DNA of 64,000 bases, from positions 20,427 through 84,426 of the forward strand of contig JAGOHA010000003.1 of NCBI GenBank assembly GCA_017996395.1. Reading direction: 5' to 3'. Under the pieces are notes generated by a model. The model was given only the letters and a program-made list of their open reading frames with translations. It was not told the origin of the DNA and ran no database searches. Positions 58,669 through 64,000 of the stretch are shown piece by piece. Position 1 is the first letter of the stretch, and every line of letters starts with the position of its first letter. Both the position numbers and the translations under genes were made by a program. This stretch comes from Acidobacteriota bacterium. Lineage in GTDB: Bacteria > Acidobacteriota > JAAYUB01.

Positions 58669-59669
58669 CGCCGCATCCTCCCGCGGCTCCCCTGCCCGCC
58701 CCGGAGGCTTGGCGTCAGGAAGCCGAGCACCCACCCTGACATTCGCGCAAACGCCCGGAGCGTGAACACGGTCAGGCCGAGAGGCCACAAACCGAATTCC
58801 CGCGCCTCGCGGGCGACGCCCGTCGCGGCCCACCCTTCGAGCAGCAGGAGGGCGCCGGTGGCGCCACCCGCCGCCCAGCCGGCCCACGGCACGCCGGCCG
58901 CGGCCGACAGGGCGGCTCCGGGGATCACCAGCGCCAGCGCGACGTCCAGCATGTCTCGCGGCCGGGTGTAGTCATCGCCGGACACGAAGGCTGGATGCTT
59001 GCGGTACAGCCGGCTCCGCCAGAAGCCGTGGATGTATTGCGTGCGGAGATACCCCCCGATCCGTTCCGGATGGTGATGAGCCACCCGGCAGCCGGGACGG
59101 AAGGCGATCCGGTAACCGGCGTGACGGATGCGGTACGACAGGTCGTTGTCCTCGGCGCTGGCGGTTGGGAATGACTCGTCGAAGCCGCCTACCTGTTCCA
59201 GCACGGTGCGCCGCACCGCCAGGTTGTAAGTGCCGCCGGCCCTCACGAACGCGGGCATCCGCCGGTGGCGGAAGGCAATCTCGGCCTGGATGAGCCGGGC
59301 CAACGGTCGCTCACCGTTGGCGGCCGCGTAACTGCCGGCCACCGCCCCCACGTCAGCGGCTTCCAGGCCGTCGACCATGCCGGCAACCCATCCGGGCGGC
59401 GGGATGCAGTCGGCATCGGTGAAACAGATCACTTCACCACCAGCCCGGCGCCAGCCGGTGTTCCGGGCGGCGGCGGGGCCGCGGTTCGGCTGCCGGATCA
59501 GCGTGACGCCTCGCCGGCTGATGCGCTCCGCCGTATCGTCGGTGGACCCGTCGTCCACCAGCACGAGCTCCAGTTCGTGCCCGCCCGATTCCAGCCGCTG
59601 GAGTGCATCGAGCGTTCGCTCGATATAGCGGGCGCTGTTGAAACATGGCACCACGACCGAAACGTTCAT
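58665..59669 (-). CDS. GT2-family glycosyltransferase with a C-terminal membrane anchor
   Basis: VSVVVPCFNSARYI...LVDDGSTDDT...FTDADC. Start chosen at MNVSVV, about 59669. The longer 634-aa track ORF overlaps the upstream gene in another frame. Confidence 0.65.
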   Translation of the reverse strand: MNVSVVVPCFNSARYIERTLDALQRLESGGHELELVLVDDGSTDDTAERISRRGVTLIRQPNRGPAAARNTGWRRAGGEVICFTDADCIPPPGWVAGMVDGLEAADVGAVAGSYAAANGERPLARLIQAEIAFRHRRMPAFVRAGGTYNLAVRRTVLEQVGGFDESFPTASAEDNDLSYRIRHAGYRIAFRPGCRVAHHHPERIGGYLRTQYIHGFWRSRLYRKHPAFVSGDDYTRPRDMLDVALALVIPGAALSAAAGVPWAGWAAGGATGALLLLEGWAATGVAREAREFGLWPLGLTVFTLRAFARMSGWVLGFLTPSLRGGQGSRGRMRR

Positions 59670-61105
59670 GGCCGGCGCCTCCCCCGCAGGCGCTCCAGGT
59701 TGTAGCGCAGGTAGCTCCACGCACCGTAGGCCTTGCGCCGGACGTCCCCCCAGGAACGCACCGCCGTGAGCATCCGGAGCAGCTGGCGTGGCCGCAGGTA
59801 GAATTCGCGCAGGCCGCGGTCGATCAACTCGTCGATCTCCGACTTCGACAACTGCGGATAGCTCAGCAGAGTGACCTGTTCGCCGTCGGCGCTGATCCAC
59901 TCCGTCCAATCCTGCGGCACCAGGAAGCCGTTCTCGACAGCCCAACGGTACATCTCGGTGCCCGGATAGACGCAGATTCCCGAAATCTGGATCGTGTCCA
60001 GCGGCAGCCGTTTGGCGAACGCGATGGTCTGGAGGGCAGACTCCCGGGTTTCGCCAGGCGCACCCACCATGAAACAGCCGTGGACGATGAAGCCCAGCTC
60101 GTGCGCCCGGCGCGCGAACGCCTCGCTCTGTTCCAGCGTCACGCCCTTGCGAACGGCGTCCAAAGCGGCCTGGGTGCCGAATTCGAATCCCGTCATGAGC
60201 ATCCGGCAACCGGCGCGCCGCATCAGCGGAAGCAGTTCCAGGTCCATGTCTACCCGGGCATTGCAGCTCCAGGCGATCCGGATGCCGCGACGCAGGATCT
60301 CCTCGCACACGCCGGCGACGTGGGGGCGAGAGGCCACGAAGGTGTCGGTTTCGAACATGATCTCGCGCAGTCCGGGAAACAGCGACAGATCGTGCGCGAT
60401 CTCGTCCACCACCAGTTCCGGCCGGCGCATGCGCAGACGGTGCCCCACCATGAGCTGGGGATCCTGGCAGAAGGTACATCGCGCGAAGCAGCCCCGCCCT
60501 GACAGGAGCGTGAGAAAGGGATACAACTTGCCGGCGTCGCGGTACCACTCCGGTCGCACGTGACGCCACGCCGGAAACGGCAATTCGTCCACGTCCAGCG
60601 GCGGCGGCAGCGGGTTGTGCACCACCCCGCCGTCGCCGGTGAAGGAAATTCCGGCTATGCTCATATCATCCGGCCGGTCGGCCAGTTCGCGCAGGATGAA
60701 ATCGTATTCGCCCCGCACGATTCGGTCCACCGCCCCGGCCGCGATCCGGAAGCTGTCGTCCGGCTCGGCCGAGACGTGGTTGCCCACCAGCACTGTGAAC
60801 GCCCCGGAGCGTTCCTTGATCGACCGGGCCAGGCTGATGTCGCTGTATATGGATGGCGTCGTGGTGTGCAGCACGGCCATATCCGGCCGGAATGCGTCCG
60901 CCGCTTCCCGGATGTCCGCCGGTTTCAGATTGAGGGCAGCTCCGTCTATGAATCTCAGATCGTGTCCCGCCGCCTCCAGGACGGCCGTGGCGACGAGCAG
61001 GTAATCGGGATGGCGCTGGACGCGTCCGCGGGAACGCGCCGCCCAGCGGGCCGAGCGGACGAAATCGTCCATGAACGGAGGATTCAGGATCAGGATTCTG
61101 GCCAT
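59666..61105 (-). CDS. Cobalamin (B12)-binding-domain radical SAM enzyme (class B)
   Basis: N-terminal B12-binding-like Rossmann region (ARILILNPPF...), radical SAM motif GCFARCTFC (CxxxCxxC). Confidence 0.65.
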   Translation of the reverse strand: MARILILNPPFMDDFVRSARWAARSRGRVQRHPDYLLVATAVLEAAGHDLRFIDGAALNLKPADIREAADAFRPDMAVLHTTTPSIYSDISLARSIKERSGAFTVLVGNHVSAEPDDSFRIAAGAVDRIVRGEYDFILRELADRPDDMSIAGISFTGDGGVVHNPLPPPLDVDELPFPAWRHVRPEWYRDAGKLYPFLTLLSGRGCFARCTFCQDPQLMVGHRLRMRRPELVVDEIAHDLSLFPGLREIMFETDTFVASRPHVAGVCEEILRRGIRIAWSCNARVDMDLELLPLMRRAGCRMLMTGFEFGTQAALDAVRKGVTLEQSEAFARRAHELGFIVHGCFMVGAPGETRESALQTIAFAKRLPLDTIQISGICVYPGTEMYRWAVENGFLVPQDWTEWISADGEQVTLLSYPQLSKSEIDELIDRGLREFYLRPRQLLRMLTAVRSWGDVRRKAYGAWSYLRYNLERLRGRRRP

Positions 61106-61176
61106 GCGGTGCCATTATAAACCGGCGCGCCCGCGTCACCCAAGGCCATTCGTCTGCGGCGGCCTGCATTCCGGAC

Positions 61177-61205
61177 TTGACAGGACGACGTCATTTGTAT
61201 ATAAA
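61177..61205 (+). promoter_or_regulatory. Consensus sigma70-type promoter TTGACA-N17-TATAAA upstream of rpmH
   Basis: Read directly; predicts a leader of about 125 nt before the rpmH ATG. Confidence 0.55.
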
Positions 61206-61337
61206 TGAGCCCGTTGCGCTGCCGGCCGGCACTCGGAAACCGCCATTCGCGCGGCTACGCATGCGGACAACCTGCTGATCTGCAGAGAGTAACGATCAAC
61301 TACCGAACACTAACGCGAGCAGAGGAGCCATACATCG

Positions 61338-61475
61338 ATGAAACGGACATTTCAACCCAACAATAGACGCCGCGCCAAAACCCACGGTTTCAGGGCCCGG
61401 ATGGCCACCAAGGGCGGACGGAAGGTGCTGGCCCGACGCCGGGCGAAGGGCCGCCAGCGGCTGGTGTGCAGCTGA
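61338..61475 (+). CDS. rpmH: 50S ribosomal protein L34
   Basis: [45 protein letters not shown]; absent from the ORF track because it is under 60 aa. Confidence 0.9.
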   Translation: MKRTFQPNNRRRAKTHGFRARMATKGGRKVLARRRAKGRQRLVCS

Positions 61476-61846
61476 CCGTGATTTTCGATCCGGATCACAC
61501 GTTCACCCGATATCATCGGATCCGCAAGCAAACAGAGTTCTTGGCGATATACGAACAGGGTTGCAAACTCGATTCGGCCCTGTTCGTTTTGTATTACACG
61601 ACCAACCCGTTTGCGTACCACCGCCTGGGCACCACGGTATCCCGCAAGATCGGAGGGGCTGTGGTGCGCAACCGGGTGAAGCGACTGTACCGGGAGATGT
61701 TCCGGAAGAACAAACCGTTGGGGGAACCCCACTTCGATCTGGTGCTCAACGCGCGCAAGGCTTCGGCGACGGCCACCTACGCCGCACTGGAGCGTGAGTA
61801 CCGGTTGAAACTGGAGCGGCTGCCCCTGCAGGATGTGCCCAAGTGA
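61466..61846 (+). CDS. rnpA: Ribonuclease P protein component RnpA
   Basis: Follows and overlaps rpm[14 protein letters not shown]...[25 protein letters not shown] is typical of RnpA. GTG start. Confidence 0.8.
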   Translation: MQLTVIFDPDHTFTRYHRIRKQTEFLAIYEQGCKLDSALFVLYYTTNPFAYHRLGTTVSRKIGGAVVRNRVKRLYREMFRKNKPLGEPHFDLVLNARKASATATYAALEREYRLKLERLPLQDVPK

Positions 61847-62097
61847 TCCGAACCGCGCTCGTCGCCGTGCTGACCGCCTACCAACGGATCGTGTCCCCGC
61901 TGCTGCCGCCCGCTTGCCGGTTTCATCCCACCTGCTCCGAATACTTCCGGCAGGCCGTGCTGGCGCACGGCGCCCTGCGCGGCAGCTGGCTGGGCGTGCG
62001 CCGGCTGGCCAAGTGCCACCCATTCCACCCCGGCGGATTTGATCCCGTGGATCCGGGCGAATTCCGCTCCATGGAGTCCCGATGGAAAAACGTCTGA
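61843..62097 (+). CDS. yidD: Membrane protein insertion efficiency factor YidD
   Basis: [31 protein letters not shown] is the YidD signature. Confidence 0.8.
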   Translation: MIRTALVAVLTAYQRIVSPLLPPACRFHPTCSEYFRQAVLAHGALRGSWLGVRRLAKCHPFHPGGFDPVDPGEFRSMESRWKNV

Positions 62098-63815
62098 TTC
62101 TGGCCATCATTCTGTCCGTCGTCATCCTGGTCGCCTATCAGATGATCTTCGTTAAAACGCCGCCGCCGACTCCGGCGATGCCTCCGGCCCAGACAGGCCA
62201 GGCGGGACCATCGAAGCCGGACACACCGCCTCCCGCCGCGGCGTCAGCCCCCCAGCCCGAGGCGCCCGTGATGGACACCGCCCCGGCGGCACCGGCGATT
62301 CCTGAAACTCAGGCGGAACCGCGCACGGTCACCATCGACTCCGACCACTTCACTGCCCGACTGGACAACCGCGGCGCGGTGCTCCGCAGTTTGGTCCTCA
62401 AGAAGTATCACGAGGACGGCGAAGGCGGTGTGGAGCTCATCCCCTCCGTCCTGCCGCCCGATTTCGGCTCCTTTCTCTCGCTGTACCTGCCGTCCCAGCC
62501 AGACCTGGAAACGGAGCTCGCCCGCCTGGTCTACCAAGTCGATGAGGAGACCGTCACGGAGGACCGGCGCAGCATCCGCCAGGTTCGCTTCACCTACCGC
62601 CGGACCAACCTGGAGGTGGAAAAACGCGTCAGTTTCCCCTCGGATTCACCGTATGTCATCGGCGTGCAGTGCCGGGTGGTTTACCGCGGCCAGGCAATAG
62701 CGCCGCTGGTGCAGATCGGTCCCGGGCTGACCGAGCACGACCTGGTGCCCGCCGAACAGTACCAGACGCCGCCGCAGATCATTTATTTCGATGGCGGCAG
62801 CACGTCGACCCTGGACGGGCCGAAGGTCAGCGACGAGAAGGACGGCGAGCAAATGATCCGGGGCAGCCTCAAGTGGGCCGGCGTGCAAACCAAGTTCTTC
62901 GCCGCCCTGGCCATGGGCGCCTTCCCCGAGATCCGAACGACCAACCGCGTGTGGTCCCACACCGCGAAGGACGGCGCAGCCAAGACGGCCCACGTCGTCT
63001 CCGTCTTCTTTCCCGCCGGATCCAACGCAGCCACGATCCCCGTCTACTTCGGCCCCAAGTCATATGACATCATGTCGGGCATCTCGAACGACCTGGCCCA
63101 GGCCATCGATTTCGGCTGGTTCGGCATCATCGTCAAGCCGCTCTACTATGCCCTGCGCTGGCTCAACCAGTACGTGAGCAACTGGGGCTGGTGCATCGTG
63201 ATCCTGACCTTCTTCATCACCCTGGCCCTGTTTCCCATCCGCTTCTTCCAGATGAAGAGCATGAAGCAGATGCAGAGGATCCAGCCGCAGATGAAGGCTA
63301 TCCAGGCCAAGTACAAGGGCTCCAAGTCGGCCGAGGACCGCCAGAAGATGAACATGGAGATGATGCAGCTTTACAAGGAGCACGGCGTCAACCCCATGAG
63401 CGGCTGCCTGCCCATGGTGGTCCAGATCCCCTTCCTCATCGCCTTCTACAACCTGATCGACAAGTCCATCGAGTTCTGGCGGCAACCCTTCGTGTTCTGG
63501 CTCAAGGACCTGTCCGCGCCCGACCCCTACTGGATCACGCCCGTCGTCATGGGCCTGACCATGATCATCCAAATCAAGCAGACTTCGGCCACATCCCCCG
63601 CGCCGGACAGCAAAGTGCAGCAGGCCATGATGACCTACATGATGCCGGCCATGATGACCTTCTTCTTCCTCAACATGTCCAGCGGCCTCGTGGTCTATTT
63701 CCTGTTCAGCAACGTGTTCGCCTGGCTCATGCAGAAGGCCGTGGAGCAATTCCTCCCGTCCGGCGAACCGGTCAAAGGGAAAAAGGCGAAAACCAAAAAA
63801 GCCGTCACGCGGTGA
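62082..63815 (+). CDS. yidC: Membrane protein insertase YidC
   Basis: N-terminal TM, periplasmic domain, conserved C-terminal core (GWFGII...[11 protein letters not shown]...[17 protein letters not shown]). Confidence 0.9.
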   Translation: MEKRLILAIILSVVILVAYQMIFVKTPPPTPAMPPAQTGQAGPSKPDTPPPAAASAPQPEAPVMDTAPAAPAIPETQAEPRTVTIDSDHFTARLDNRGAVLRSLVLKKYHEDGEGGVELIPSVLPPDFGSFLSLYLPSQPDLETELARLVYQVDEETVTEDRRSIRQVRFTYRRTNLEVEKRVSFPSDSPYVIGVQCRVVYRGQAIAPLVQIGPGLTEHDLVPAEQYQTPPQIIYFDGGSTSTLDGPKVSDEKDGEQMIRGSLKWAGVQTKFFAALAMGAFPEIRTTNRVWSHTAKDGAAKTAHVVSVFFPAGSNAATIPVYFGPKSYDIMSGISNDLAQAIDFGWFGIIVKPLYYALRWLNQYVSNWGWCIVILTFFITLALFPIRFFQMKSMKQMQRIQPQMKAIQAKYKGSKSAEDRQKMNMEMMQLYKEHGVNPMSGCLPMVVQIPFLIAFYNLIDKSIEFWRQPFVFWLKDLSAPDPYWITPVVMGLTMIIQIKQTSATSPAPDSKVQQAMMTYMMPAMMTFFFLNMSSGLVVYFLFSNVFAWLMQKAVEQFLPSGEPVKGKKAKTKKAVTR

Positions 63816-63824
63816 TCGGGTCAC

Positions 63825-64000
63825 ATGCACCCGCTTCGGCACGATGACACCATCGCCGCAGCGGCCACGCCACCCGGGCGGGGCGCCATCGCCGTCGTCC
63901 GCATCAGCGGCCCGGCGGCCGGCCCCCTGATTCGCAAGCTCTTCCGTCCGGAGGGACGACGGCGCCTCGTTCCCAACCGGGCCGTCTTCGGCCGTCTCAT
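63825..64000 (+). CDS. mnmE: tRNA modification GTPase MnmE (N-terminal fragment; continues beyond the window)
   Basis: DTIAAAATPPGRGAIAVVRISGP. Confidence 0.8.
   Translation, partial: MHPLRHDDTIAAAATPPGRGAIAVVRISGPAAGPLIRKLFRPEGRRRLVPNRAVFGRL

Noticed and set aside
58665-60569. 634-aa minus-strand ORF
   Set aside because: The N-terminal 300 aa are Arg/Pro/Gly-rich and overlap the B12-rSAM gene in another frame. The true GT2 starts at MNVSVV, about 59669.

Overview
This is a 64 kb, high-GC (about 65%) chromosomal segment from a diderm (Gram-negative-type) bacterium. It is densely coded, with many 4-bp ATGA start/stop overlaps. No CRISPR arrays, rRNA genes, IS elements or transposases were seen. 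Most of it is housekeeping. Clear calls include recN, miaB, a complete Tol-Pal cluster (tolQ-tolR-tolA-tolB-pal-cpoB) followed by ssb, an Mla-like ABC lipid-transport set (mlaE-mlaF-MCE), xerD, mltG, ruvX, the uppS-cdsA-dxr-rseP-ispG-dtd envelope/isoprenoid cluster, a four-gene acyl-CoA/ketoacid catabolic operon, tRNA-Phe, and the near-origin rpmH-rnpA-yidD-yidC-mnmE cluster. Accessory or unusual content that merits follow-up: (1) a signal-peptide-bearing, extremely Cys/Lys-rich tandem-repeat protein resembling eukaryotic-type metallothionein beta/alpha domains, divergently transcribed from a sensor histidine kinase across an AT-rich intergenic region that carries a perfect 9-3-9 palindrome; (2) a seven-gene convergent glycoconjugate locus (three GT2 glycosyltransferases, a DUF2304 partner, a SAM methyltransferase, a standalone asparaginase-N-domain protein and a cobalamin-binding radical SAM enzyme) next to tRNA-Phe; (3) an internally duplicated polytopic membrane protein followed by a radical SAM/SPASM enzyme with its own near-consensus promoter and an OsmC-like protein; (4) a translationally coupled DUF2339 (zinc-ribbon, polytopic)/DUF3999 pair; (5) a divergent Hfq-like Sm protein; (6) a membrane GAF-domain protein with a degenerate histidine-kinase-like C-terminus. 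All functional calls are from reading motifs by eye; no database search was possible.
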